NCBI GenBank assembly: GCA_963668695.2
Contig: CAXXLQ010000004.1
Span: 2,624,001 to 2,688,000, forward strand
Length of the DNA: 64,000 nt
Source of the DNA: Vicinamibacteria bacterium
GTDB taxonomy: Bacteria > Acidobacteriota > Vicinamibacteria > Marinacidobacterales > Marinacidobacteraceae
Direction: 5' to 3'
The stretch's first letter is position 1; each line of letters opens with the position of its first letter. The position numbers were made by a program, and so were the translations under genes. Positions 19,373 through 29,844 of this stretch are shown here, piece by piece. The notes under the pieces were generated by a model that was given only the letters and a program-made list of their open reading frames with translations, ran no database searches and was not told the DNA's origin.

Positions 19373-22300
19373 CTAGAAGCGGAGGGTCGTCCGGAAGAGG
19401 AACGTCCGGGCGTTCTGCCGGCTCCTGAGCTGGAGGAAGTTCGGACTGTAGGTCCGGTTCGCCGAGCTGTAGGTGTACTGGTTGTGGTGGTAGGCGTCCA
19501 TCAGGTTGAAGATCTGCGCCGTCACCTCGAGCGAAGCCGGGCCGAAGTCGATGATCTTGCCAGCGGACAGACCTACCGTATGAACGGTCGGGGCCTGCAC
19601 CTGAAGGTCGCCGCGGGTGGCGGCTACGAAGCGGAAGCGCGTGGACAGCGGGTTCGTCCTGCCGTTGTTCGCGCTACCGGGACCGTACTGGGTGACCCTG
19701 GGATCGCTCGAGCTAAGCCGGTTGGTGACCGGGCCGGACCACGGACCAGCGTTGGCTGTGTAACTGATCCCGGCGGTGACGTCCCACGGCAGCAGATATG
19801 TCAGACCGCCGCGGACGGAGAACTGCCGCCAGGTGGGCGAGTAGGAACTCGTCGGCAGCGAGTTGTGCTCGTTGTTCCCGCGCGGCATGTTCAGCGCCTT
19901 GTTGTTCCCGAACGCCTCGGGCGAGATGTAGCGCGCCGGGTCGTTCGGATTCCAGTCGCCGGCGTAGTGCTGCCACTGCCGGTTGATGTTCAGCGTCGCC
20001 GACATGCGCTCGGTCCGCCGGGTGGTGGTGATCTCGAGGGCGGTATAGACCAGCTGGGACCAGGTGTTGTTCGTCTGCTGGTTGATGGTGCCCTGCGCGA
20101 TATCCACCTTGCCGAACTGGAACTCGCCGAGCGGCGGAACCGCGGGGGAGGCCGACGGGTAGTAACCGTTCTGCTCCAGGAAGGCGTAGTTGTGGTTGTA
20201 GCGCCGATGCACGACGGCGGCGTCCACTGCGAATTGTCCACCGAACTGGCGGCGCAAGCCTCCGATGAGTTCCTGCACGAACGGCTGTCCGACATCCGGG
20301 TCGAAGAGGACCTCGGGATTGAGATTGGATCGCGGCGGGCTGTACACGTTGTGGTCAGGGACCCCGTCGCCGTCGTGGTCGTACTCGGTGTACGAACCGA
20401 TGGTGGCCCCGGAGTGGCTTGAGGTGATGTTGTCGCGGCCGTTCATCTGCTCGTGGACCCGACCGACGCTGCCCCGGAGAACGGTGCGGCCGTCCTCGGT
20501 GAGCATGTAGGAGAACCCGAAGCGAGGTCCGAGGGCGAGCGTGTCCATCCGGTCGTGGTTCAGGATGCCGTCGTGGCGCTTTACGAAGTCGGCGCGGAGG
20601 CCGAGGTTCAGCGTGAGGCGGTCAATCGGCTTCCAGGCATCCTGGAGGTAGAACGCGATGTCGCTGTCCTGGGCGTCGCGGGTCTGGAGTTGACTGGCGG
20701 CGCTGGTCTGGTCACCGTTGCGGCTGCGGCTGTACCAGACGGTGCCGACCGCCTGGGACAGGTTGTTCCGCGTCACGATGTTGCCGTTTGCATCCACCGG
20801 CGTGTGCCTCTCCGAGTTCCAGCCGGTTGAGTCCGCATACACCGTGTACTGCGGGTACCGGTTCAAGGGAGCCGCATAGACGCCGAATCCGATCTCGTGC
20901 GAGCCGGCCGCGTCCTCAACGTAGCGGGTGATGTCACCCCGGAGCAGCAGGAGTCGTGTCGGACGGGTCGTTCCGCCCCCGGTACCCAACGCTGCGAGGC
21001 GGCCGCCGTCCCCGGTCGTTCCGCTGTCGTTCACGGTGAATCCGCTGTGGATCTCGACGGAGAGCGGGAGGTCGCCGAACTGCGGCTGCGACGGACGGTC
21101 CACTTCCGCCGCTTTGTTGTTCCAGGAAACGAGGAACTGCCCGGTGGTGTTCGTCCCGAAGACGGAGGTGAGCTTGGCGCCGAGGAGGTCGCCGCCCGTC
21201 TTTACCACGAACCGCGGCGCGAGGTCGTATTCGCGGTTCGACGTGTTTTGCAACTGGTCGCGCTGGTAGTAGGTGGAGAGTTCGTGATTCGGGTTCAACT
21301 GCGCCGTCAGCTTGAGGTAGGGCTGGTGGCTCTTCGTGGTGTTCGGGAACTCGCTGTAGGTGGGTGTCGTACCCAGTCCTCCGCCGAGCGGAAGTCCGGA
21401 AAGATCCCTCAGGAACCCGACATCCAGAGCCGAGCGGCTGATGCGGGCGGCGAGGTCCGCGACGCGATAGGTGGCGAAGAACCAGGCCCTGTCCTGCATG
21501 ATCGGGCCGCCGATGGAGAAGTCAGCCTGCTTCACCAGGTGCGCGGTCGGAGTGCCGGCGCCGGCGTTCGTCTCGGCGGGCGGGTCATATGCACCCAAGG
21601 CCGCAAAGTTCGACTTCTCCGAGGCGAAGGGGTCAAAGCCCTGGGAAGCTGGTTGTCGCCGAAGAAACCCTCGAGGCCGTCCTCGTTGCCGGTGCCCCAG
21701 TCGTACTCCTGGTGGTCGTAGGCGGCGGACATCGAGAGGTCGTTACCACCGCTCTTCGTGACGATGTTGATGATCAACCCCGTCCCCATCGGATCCTTCG
21801 CCTCGGCGCCCCCGGTCTTGACCGAAGCGTCCTCGATCATGTCCGCACCCATGCCGACGTAGGTGATCTGGGCGTCGTTGTAGCCGGCGGCGGCCATGCC
21901 CTCGATCTGGATCACATGGGCAAAGTGCTCGGTCGCGTGACCGAAATACACCATCCGGCCGGAACCATCATCGAATGGCCGAGCGTTCACGCCGGGAGTC
22001 ATCTCGAGGAAGTCGCTCCAGTTGCCGCGGGCCTGGATGGGCAGCTCGCGCTGGAATTCGCCCTCGATCGTAAGAATGTTGCCGGCCCGGGCGATTTCGA
22101 GCATCGGCGTTTCCGCCGTGACCGTGATCGTCTCCTCCACGCCGCTGATGGCCAACACGACATCGACCCCGATGTTGGTGCTGGCGCGGACCAGGATGCC
22201 TTCCTGCCGGGAGGTGGCGAAGCCGGACAGGGAGGCTTCCAGCACATAGTCGCCCGGAGGCAGGTTCAGCAGCCGATAGGTCCCCGAGCCGTCGGAGACG

Positions 22301-22476
22301 GCGGTGGCCGCGCTGATCAGAGCGGGGCTCGTCGCAGTGATCGTGACTCCAGGAAGCACGGCGGCCGAGTCGTCGGTGACCGTGCCGCGGATGCTGGAAT
22401 CGCCGCCCTGTCCGAACGCGAGTGCCGGAAGGGCGAGGGACGCCGCAAGAAGCAGCGCGAAAGTGGACTTCCGCAT
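19373..22476 (-). pseudogene. Oar-like TonB-dependent receptor with a single frameshift near 21643-21645 (real lesion or sequencing error)
   Basis: ORF 21532..22476 has the signal peptide, carboxypeptidase-regulatory domain and plug; ORF 19373..21598 has the barrel ending in F. One extra base at CTT CCC AGG joins the frames (QLPQGFDPFASEK). Confidence 0.8.
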
Positions 22477-22722
22477 GGTTCCTCCTATATGAGGTGTCTG
22501 AGATTTGTTGGGACGCGGCCCGAGTACGCTCGGATTCCGCGGGATGAACAGCCTGAAAGAGGCAACGATTATGCCATGCTTCGGGGTCTGAAGGAACCAC
22601 CTATCTAACGGTTCGACTTTTGTTTGGTTTACGCACCGAAGTGCGAATGCGTCGCCGGGCTTCGGTGTCCAATCAACCGAACGAACGGGTTGGAATCTTG
22701 GAGAGGCCGCTCGCCGGATCGT

Positions 22723-24819
22723 TCAATTTCGGCCGGGAGACGGTCCGGAGCGCAGGGCCGCCAGCAGTTCGCGGACATCCGGCTGCTCGGGAAAGAGGGT
22801 GAGCGACTGCTCGAGATAGGGAATGGCGCGTGCGTTTTCTCCGGTCGCCGCGAGCGACCACGCCAGCGCGTTCAGGAGAGCCGGGTCGGCGGCCTGGAGG
22901 GCCAGGGAACGCTCATAAAGCTCCGCCGCCCGGGGGTGGTTCCCGGACTCGCGATGGGCGTCGCCCAATACCCGCAGGACCATCGCGTTCTCGGGAGCCT
23001 GGGCGAGCGCCGGCTCGAGGAGTCGCACCGCGGCGCGCGGATCGCCGTCGTCGAGCGCGAACCTGCCGAGGGCGAGCCGCACGCGCCCGAGATTCGGGTT
23101 TTCGGCGAGCGCTGCCTCGAACATCGCGCGGCCGCGCTCGTGGTCTCCTACGCGGAGCCACTGTTCGCCGAGGGCTGCGGAGACGGCTCCCGGAGACTTG
23201 GTGTCCGGGGAATCGCTGAGACCCCAGGGAACCGCGACCCGGCTGCGCGCATTCAAATCGAAAGTCACCATCCTGGGGTTGTCGTCCGCGCTCACCGAAA
23301 GCACGTAGCGACCCGAGTCCCATGCGGTCGTTGGCGGCTGCCAGGTGGCGAGACCGTCCTGCACCGCGACCTCCTCTTCCAGAACGGCCGACTCCATGGC
23401 CACCGATTCGTCGGATGCGTCCCACGGAATAACCCGGAACACCACGCTCTCATGCCCGATTGCCGACGCCACCGCCCGGATCGGGCTTCCGACGGACACT
23501 ACGCCGCGCCCGTTGGGGACCAGTTGGGCACCATCCGTCAGCCAGGCGCGCAGGTGGTCGCCTTCAACCGGCTGCGGCGGCGTGTGAATCAGCCAGGGGC
23601 GCGAGAGCGAGGGCTCACTTTCTGGAACGCTGAGTTCGTCCTCGAACACGGTGTACTCGGTCCGTGCGTCGTTCTTGAAGATGATCCGGAACCGGAAATC
23701 GCCGGGAATCAGCGGGAACACGCCGCGGTAGGCGAACGGACGGGCGCCGATGTCCTGAAGCTGGCTCTCGGTCAGCCGCAGGAAGGGGGTGACCACGAAG
23801 TCGTGAACGACCTCGCCCTCGGGCGTGGTGACCTCTCCGGTGACCTCGAACCGGGTGAAATACTCGTTGCCGTCCTCTTGCTTGGCGAGCGTGAAGTGCT
23901 GCGGCTCGATCTCAAGGGCGTAGTGCACGAACCAGAACCCTGACGCCGGGCCGGGCAATACGCGGGCGAGCCCGGCGCTCGGGACGAAGTTGAAGAGGTA
24001 GTCGCTCTCGACCAGCCCGCGGCCCGCTTCGGCTCCCGTCACCCAACCGGTGTCCAGCAGTCGGTACGGGGCGCGATTGATGTCTGAGAGGATGGTCTGA
24101 GTCTGGAGGATTTCCATGTCCGGCTGGAGCAGGCTCGCGGCCACCCCGCGGTCCGCCCGCATCGTGATGCTCGCGTGGGCGAGCTGCGGCGAAATCTCCT
24201 GCAGGGTCTCGAACGCCTCTGCCCGGGAGTCCCCGATCGTGAAGGATTGGGCCGGCAGGAGTTCTTCCGGCTGGTGGATGACGTGGTTGAACTGGATGAA
24301 GGGTCCGGCGTTGTATTGGCGGAAGAAGAGGATGTAGAGGGGCGGGAGCAGTTGCTCGTCCCGCGCCAGGTAGAACCAGAGTTCCACCGGATAGAGCCCT
24401 GGCAAGGAGGCGAAGCTCTCCCGCTCCTCCGGCTCCCCGAGCTGGATGTACATGCGCCCCCGATCGGTCATCCAGCCGGGGACTGCTGCTTCACGGCCGA
24501 GGTAGGTGTTGGCGTACTCGATGCGTTCGTAATGTTCGGTTCGGTACTCGTTCTCCGGAGTCAGCGGTTCGGGGTCACGGCGCTGCCAGAAGGCTGCGAT
24601 GAACGCCTCGCGTTCGGCCCCCGACTGGAGCCTCTCGAAGGCGTCCTTCTCTCGGTCGCTGATGATGTAGACGACGTCGTATTCGAGCCACTTCTGGTGT
24701 TCGTCGGAGAGCGGGAAGCGGTCCTGCCCGGCGGCGGTCAGGGGGACGGCGAGGAGGACGGCGAGGAGGAAGGCCGTGAGCAGCATCGGCGGGAGGCCTC
24801 GCGGGAAGGACTGGGTCAT
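22723..24819 (-). CDS. GWxTD domain protein with C-terminal TPR repeats
   Basis: FWQRRDP, EHYERIEYAN, GWMTDRGRMYIQLGEP; TPR-like C-terminus; signal peptide. Confidence 0.9.
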   Translation of the reverse strand: MTQSFPRGLPPMLLTAFLLAVLLAVPLTAAGQDRFPLSDEHQKWLEYDVVYIISDREKDAFERLQSGAEREAFIAAFWQRRDPEPLTPENEYRTEHYERIEYANTYLGREAAVPGWMTDRGRMYIQLGEPEERESFASLPGLYPVELWFYLARDEQLLPPLYILFFRQYNAGPFIQFNHVIHQPEELLPAQSFTIGDSRAEAFETLQEISPQLAHASITMRADRGVAASLLQPDMEILQTQTILSDINRAPYRLLDTGWVTGAEAGRGLVESDYLFNFVPSAGLARVLPGPASGFWFVHYALEIEPQHFTLAKQEDGNEYFTRFEVTGEVTTPEGEVVHDFVVTPFLRLTESQLQDIGARPFAYRGVFPLIPGDFRFRIIFKNDARTEYTVFEDELSVPESEPSLSRPWLIHTPPQPVEGDHLRAWLTDGAQLVPNGRGVVSVGSPIRAVASAIGHESVVFRVIPWDASDESVAMESAVLEEEVAVQDGLATWQPPTTAWDSGRYVLSVSADDNPRMVTFDLNARSRVAVPWGLSDSPDTKSPGAVSAALGEQWLRVGDHERGRAMFEAALAENPNLGRVRLALGRFALDDGDPRAAVRLLEPALAQAPENAMVLRVLGDAHRESGNHPRAAELYERSLALQAADPALLNALAWSLAATGENARAIPYLEQSLTLFPEQPDVRELLAALRSGPSPGRN

Positions 24820-24893
24820 GGGATTCCGTTCATTCTGACCTGAAACGGCGATGGGTGCCTCGGGCGGGCAGGACGGTTCCCACTGATCCGGCG

Positions 24894-25283
24894 TCAGTCG
24901 TCCCACAAACTCTCCACGTCCGGACAGCGGCGAAGTCGGGTGTCCGCGGTGACGAGACGCAGGCCGAACACCTTGGCGGTGGCGACGATGAAGCGGTCGG
25001 CCGGATCCTCATGGTCCAGGCGAAGCTGCCGGCTGGCGGCCGCGACCTCAAAGGTGAGGGGTACCTCCCGGACGGTTCGCGCCGCCTCCCGGAGCCAGGT
25101 TCGGGGGTTGGGGGACAGTGTGATGCGACCCCGTTCGGCAAGGAGGATGACTTCCCAGAGGCTGATCGGCGACAGCCGAGGAGGTTCGGACGCCATCTCG
25201 AGTTCCGTTCTGACGGACGTCGGCAGCCGCTCCGGCTCGTTGATGCCCCAAAGCCAGACGTGGGTATCGAGGAGGAACGGCAC
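24894..25283 (-). CDS. Type II TA PIN-domain toxin (VapC family)
   Basis: LLDTHVWLW, SPISLWE, HEDPADRFIVATA, LVTAD. Confidence 0.92.
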   Translation of the reverse strand: MPFLLDTHVWLWGINEPERLPTSVRTELEMASEPPRLSPISLWEVILLAERGRITLSPNPRTWLREAARTVREVPLTFEVAAASRQLRLDHEDPADRFIVATAKVFGLRLVTADTRLRRCPDVESLWDD

Positions 25284-25287
25284 TTAG

Positions 25288-25485
25288 CAGCCGGCAGACA
25301 ACGTCACGCGGTGTTCGACCGGCGATGCATCCCGGCTGAACCGCGCCGCTTCGCGTCGCTCATCGTTGCGCTCCGGTCGAAAGACACGGGGTATTCCTCC
25401 CTTGCGCGCCTTGTCAGCCGGGCGCCTCACCGGCCAGTTCTCCCGGTGGGGGCCTCGGCACTCGCGCCACCTTGTCCACCGGCTA
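25288..25485 (-). mobile_element. MITE-like element (198 bp = 179+19) between antitoxin and toxin
   Basis: Reverse complement of the 8731 element with one micro-insert at 25434; flanked by TTAG and CTAG. Confidence 0.85.
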
Positions 25486-25722
25486 CTAGCTGAGGGCTTC
25501 CCAGTCGGACGGCTCGGATACCGGCGCAACGATGTCGCCGTGGATCGTGACCGAGCCTTTCATGGAGCCGAGCCAGCTCCCGGCGGGGTTTGGGGCTGGA
25601 GGGACGATCCTGGCGATCGGTTTGCCGCGGCGCGTGACCAGAACGGGTTCCCGGGTTTGTGCAACCCGATCCAGCACGGCCAGGCAGGTGGCCTTGAACT
25701 TTGAAATCTGTATGCGCTCCAT
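25486..25722 (-). CDS. Type II TA antitoxin, Phd/YefM family
   Basis: ISKFKATCLAVLDRV...PVLVTRRGKPIARIVP; GSMKGSVTIHGDIVAP. Confidence 0.92.
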   Translation of the reverse strand: MERIQISKFKATCLAVLDRVAQTREPVLVTRRGKPIARIVPPAPNPAGSWLGSMKGSVTIHGDIVAPVSEPSDWEALS

Positions 25723-25832
25723 GGACCAATCTTACTATGGTCCATTCCTATGGTCACTTCGAGTTCCCGTTTCGCCGCTGATCCAGCGCGCGTTGGCAGT
25801 GTCATCGGCGCTGGTTTCGCGCTCCCGCGCGA

Positions 25833-25873
25833 TGCCGGCCAGAGGCCGGCCCAGTTCTCCCGGTGGGGGCTCC
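25833..25873 (-). repeat. REP-like repeat with an 18-nt micro-insert at a second internal site
   Basis: TGCCGGCCAGAGGCCGGC|CCAGTTCTCCCGGTGGGG|GCTCC. Confidence 0.7.
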
Positions 25874-25958
25874 AAGCCGTCCCCGCGCCTCTTCGCAGTT
25901 GGCGATGCGCGATCTCGCTGCGCGTGGCGCAGCGGTGCCGGATGGGGTCGGCTTGGCG

Positions 25959-28565
25959 CTACAACTCCGCAAGCGCCTCGCGGAGGGCTCTGGCGGCGTC
26001 CGCGACGGCTTCCCCGTCATCCCCGTCCAGCGTGATGCGAGTCCCCTCGGAACCGGGGTACGAGCCGATCTCGACTGTCGGATAGGCCGCAACCAGGCGG
26101 TCAAGAAGGGGGATCAGCTCCTCTTCGGGGCGCGGAACCAGTTCCTCGTCGGCGAAGTACCGAGGTCCTTCGGGAAGACACTCGGCGAGGATCCCGAGCT
26201 TCTTTTCGAAGACGGGTGGCAGGCCCGGGAGGATCCAGACGTTCCGCATGACGACCACCGGCCAGGCGCCGCTTTGTCCTTCGCGGAGCTCGCATCCCTC
26301 CGGAACGCGGGCGAGATCGCGGTGGGTGGTTTCGAGGCCGCGCTGCCTCAGCGTGTCGAGAAAGCGGGGGTGATGGATCACCCCGGTTCCGAACGCGCGG
26401 GCGACGCCCTCCATGGTGACATCGTCGTGCGTGGCGCCTACACCTCCGGAAGTGAACACGAGATCGTGACCCGCGGCGAGTGCGGCCGTCTCCGCGGCGA
26501 TGACTTCCGGTTCGTCGGGAATCGTCAACACCCGCTGCAGAGCCACCCCCTTTTCCCGAAGCAGGCGGGCGAGGAGGCGGGTGTTCGTGTCGGTCACTTT
26601 CCCGGAGAGGATTTCGTTGCCGATCACCAGGAAGGCGGCGGTCCTTCTCCGCGGCGCCCGAGGGGATCCCTCCGGCGGGGGGCGATCCGTCGCTGCGGGG
26701 TCCGGGTCCTCCGGAAGGGAGTCCCGCACGGCGGCGAGAAAGCGGGCGCCGTACTTCTCGATCTTCGCCGGGCCGACTCCGCGCAGGCGCGCGAACTCCG
26801 CCGCGGAGGGCGGCCTGCGGGCGGCCATTTCGTGGAGGGTGGCGTTCGAGAACACCATGAAGGCCGGAAGCCCTTCCTCCCGTGCGATAGCGAGGCGCAG
26901 CGCCCGCAGCTTCTCGATGAGAGCCGGGTCGGGAGCGGGCGCTTCGCCGTCGGCCGCTGCGGAGTCGCGGGACTCTTGGTCCGGGGGCGCCGCCTTCGGA
27001 CGGGTCAGGGTGAGGGACTCCCGGTTCCGGAGAAACGCCCACCCCGCGGGGGTCAGGGACATGGTTGGGAACCCGCTGTCGCCGGCGCGGCGGAGCAGGT
27101 CCCGGGCGACGAGCTTGTCCGCGGTGTCCCGCAAATCCTCCTCCCGATGATCGCGTGCGATGCCGTGGACGCTCAGCCGGTCGTGCCCGAGGTCCAGAAC
27201 CCGCTTCGCCCGCGAGCCGCGCAGCACCGCCACGACGTGGGCCATGCCGAAACGCTGTCCGGTGCGGACCACCCCGGAGAGGATCTTCTGGGTGATCTCG
27301 GTGGCGTCGTACTCCTCGATCTCGCCGCCGGTTCCGGGTCCCAGGCAGTTGTCGCAGCCCCCGCAGTTCTCCAATTCCTCAAGCGAGGCGTCCGAGAAGT
27401 AGTCGAGCAGGTAGCGTCGCCGGCAGGAGGTGAGTTCGCAGTAGGCGATCATCTGGGCGAGCCTTTCCTGCGCGCGCTGGCGTTCGGCGGGATCTTCGAT
27501 CTCGTGGATGAACCGCTGCTGGGCGGCCCGATCGGCGACGCTGAAGAACAGGACACATTCGCTCGAAAGGCCGTCGCGTCCGGCGCGCCCGGTCTCCTGG
27601 TAGTAGCCCTCCACCGACTTCGGGAGGTTGTAGTGCGCAACGAGGCGCAGGTCGGGCATGTCAATCCCCATCCCGAACGCGATCGTGGCCGCCACGATCA
27701 ACGCCTCCTTGCTGGCGAACCGGTCCTGCGCCGACCGGCGCTCCTCGTGGTCGAGTCCGGCGTGGTAGGCCAGAGCGCGGAAACCCAGCGCGCGGAGCCG
27801 CTCGGCCACCGATTCCGTTTCCCTCCGCGAGAGGCAGTACACGATGGCGGACTCCCCCTCGTGTTCCCGCAGGAGTCCGACGAGAAGGTCGAAGGAACGC
27901 CGTTTGGGTCGCACCCGGTAGTTGAGGTTGGGACGATTGAAGCTCCCCACGAAGAACTCGGGGTCCTCCATCCGGAGTTCGGAGGCGATTTCCCGGCGGA
28001 CCCGCTCAGTGGCGGTCGCGGTGAGCGCCAGAAAGGGGGCCGCCGGGAAGCGGTCGCGCAGCGCTCCCAGGTTCCGGTAGTCAGGCCGGAACTCATGACC
28101 CCACTGGGAGATGCAGTGGGCCTCGTCCACCGCCACCAGCGCCACCCGGATCCGTTCGAGGAACCGCCCGAAGCCCGCGGAGGCGAGACGCTCCGGCGCT
28201 ACGTAGAGCAGCTTTACCTTGCCGGCTTGCGCCTCCTCCCGGACGAGCCGCGCCTCTTCGGAGGTGAGCGAACTGTTGAGGGAGCGGGCGGCGATCCCCC
28301 GCGCCCGGAGCGCATCCACCTGGTCCTTCATCAGGGCGATCAGGGGCGAAATGACCAGGGTGACGCCGTCGAGGGCGAGCGCCGGAAGTTGGTAGCAAAG
28401 CGATTTGCCCCCGCCAGTGGGCATCAGCACCACCGTGTCCCGCCCGGCCAGGACGCTGGTGATCGCCGGTTCCTGCAGCGGTCGGAAGCTCTGGTAGCCG
28501 AAGTGTTCCTTCAGCAGGGAAAGCGGAGTGGGCTTCGCCGACCCGGCCTCTGGTGCGCTCTGCAT
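25959..28565 (-). CDS. recQ: DNA helicase RecQ fused to a C-terminal molybdopterin-binding (CinA N-terminal/COG1058-like) domain
   Basis: MPTGGGKSLCYQ, VDEAHCISQWGHEFRP, YYQETGRAGRDG, Zn-binding CRR...CGGCDNC, RQC, HRDC; then IGNEILSGK..DTN, TSGGVGATHDDVT, ILPGLP. Confidence 0.9.
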   Translation of the reverse strand: MQSAPEAGSAKPTPLSLLKEHFGYQSFRPLQEPAITSVLAGRDTVVLMPTGGGKSLCYQLPALALDGVTLVISPLIALMKDQVDALRARGIAARSLNSSLTSEEARLVREEAQAGKVKLLYVAPERLASAGFGRFLERIRVALVAVDEAHCISQWGHEFRPDYRNLGALRDRFPAAPFLALTATATERVRREIASELRMEDPEFFVGSFNRPNLNYRVRPKRRSFDLLVGLLREHEGESAIVYCLSRRETESVAERLRALGFRALAYHAGLDHEERRSAQDRFASKEALIVAATIAFGMGIDMPDLRLVAHYNLPKSVEGYYQETGRAGRDGLSSECVLFFSVADRAAQQRFIHEIEDPAERQRAQERLAQMIAYCELTSCRRRYLLDYFSDASLEELENCGGCDNCLGPGTGGEIEEYDATEITQKILSGVVRTGQRFGMAHVVAVLRGSRAKRVLDLGHDRLSVHGIARDHREEDLRDTADKLVARDLLRRAGDSGFPTMSLTPAGWAFLRNRESLTLTRPKAAPPDQESRDSAAADGEAPAPDPALIEKLRALRLAIAREEGLPAFMVFSNATLHEMAARRPPSAAEFARLRGVGPAKIEKYGARFLAAVRDSLPEDPDPAATDRPPPEGSPRAPRRRTAAFLVIGNEILSGKVTDTNTRLLARLLREKGVALQRVLTIPDEPEVIAAETAALAAGHDLVFTSGGVGATHDDVTMEGVARAFGTGVIHHPRFLDTLRQRGLETTHRDLARVPEGCELREGQSGAWPVVVMRNVWILPGLPPVFEKKLGILAECLPEGPRYFADEELVPRPEEELIPLLDRLVAAYPTVEIGSYPGSEGTRITLDGDDGEAVADAARALREALAEL

Positions 28566-28679
28566 TCGGCACCCGGCAGCCTACCCGACCGCGCTCGGCG
28601 GATGGCCGAGCGGCGGTTTGGAGTGCCTTCGTTGTGGTGTCCAGCAGGCGCGGCCCATCCCGTCCCGGAACCGGGGGCA

Positions 28680-29837
28680 TGCCGCCGTGTGGTGGGAGCG
28701 GCTCACTCTTCAGGAGGTGTCCCTCGCCGGGTTCGTCCGGAGCGTGGGACATCGCGAACCACCGGCGCTCGACAGGATCCTGATCGCGCGGGCGCGGCAG
28801 TGCCCGCTGGTCCTGCTGCTGGACGAGGCGCATACGCTCGACCTCGGGCGGGTTTAGCAGCCGGTGATGAAACCCACGCGGCCCAGTTCTCCCGGTGGGG
28901 GCTCGGCCGGCGATCCATCCCGGCCAAACAACCGGTGATGAAACCCACGCGGCCCAGTTCTCCCGGTGGGGGCTCGGCCGGCGATCCATCCCGGCCAAAC
29001 AACCGGTGATGAAACCCTCGCGGCACCAGTTCTCCCGGTGGGGGCTCACGTGGGTTCCATCCATCCCGGCTGAACCGCGTCGCTGCGCGCCGCTCATCGT
29101 TGCGTTTCGGTTGGAATACACGCGGTATTCCTCCCTCACGCGCCTTGTCAGCCGGGCCCCCACCGGGAGGACTGGCCCCACCGGGAGAACTGGGCCTCGC
29201 CCCCACCGGGAGAACTGGCCGACCTCGGCGCTCACGTGGGTTCCACCACCGGCTGTTCACCGCGTCGCTTCGCGCCGCTCATCGTTGCGTTTCGGTCGGA
29301 ATACACGCGGTATTCCTCCCTCACGCGCCTTGTCAGCCGGGCCCCCACCGGGAGAACTGGGCCTCGCCCCCACCGGGAGAACTGGGCCTCGCCCCCACCG
29401 GGAGAACTGGCCGACCTCGGCGCTCACGTGGGTTCCACCACCGGCTGTTCACCGCGTCGCTGCGCGCCGCTCATCGTTGCGTTTCGGTCGGAATACACGC
29501 GGTATTCCTCCCTCACGCGCCTTGTCAGCCGGGCCCCCACCGGGAGGACTGGCCCCACCGGGAGAACTGGGCCTCGCCCCCACCGGGAGAACTGGCCAGC
29601 CTCGGCGCTCACGTGGGTTCCACCACCGGCTGCTAGCTGAACGCGAGCCAAATGGTGGGACGTGACCTTCCCTTCCTGCTCGTGCTCGCCGGGACGCCCA
29701 ACCTGGAGACGCACCTGAACCGGTTGGGCGCCTCGTGCTGGAGTCGCGCCGAACGCCCGCGTATCGGGACGCTGGATGGGAACGCCACCGCCCTGGCTTT
29801 CCGGGAGCCGTTCCGGCCCGTAGCCGCCGTCCTCTGA
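28680..29837 (+). pseudogene. AAA+ ATPase gene remnant interrupted by a MITE array
   Basis: Walker B PLVLLLDEAHTLD before the array; the same frame resumes after it as LNASQMVGRDLPFLLVLAGTPNL; no Walker A or start visible. Confidence 0.7.
28858..29632 (-). mobile_element. Tandemly amplified MITE array (71-bp end units plus three ~185-190-bp units) with about 12 micro-inserts
   Basis: Ends CAGCCGGTGATGAAACCC / GGGTTCCACCACCGGCTG flanked by TTAG and CTAG; 71-bp period at 28858, 28929, 29000. Confidence 0.8.
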
Positions 29838-29844
29838 ACGGCGT

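Noticed and set aside
25863-29009. 1048-aa plus-strand ORF, and similar long ORFs such as 313..1260, 4266..6203, 40062..42008, 51943..54015 and 61569..63941
   Set aside because: They are antisense shadows of well-supported genes, a common artefact in high-GC DNA.
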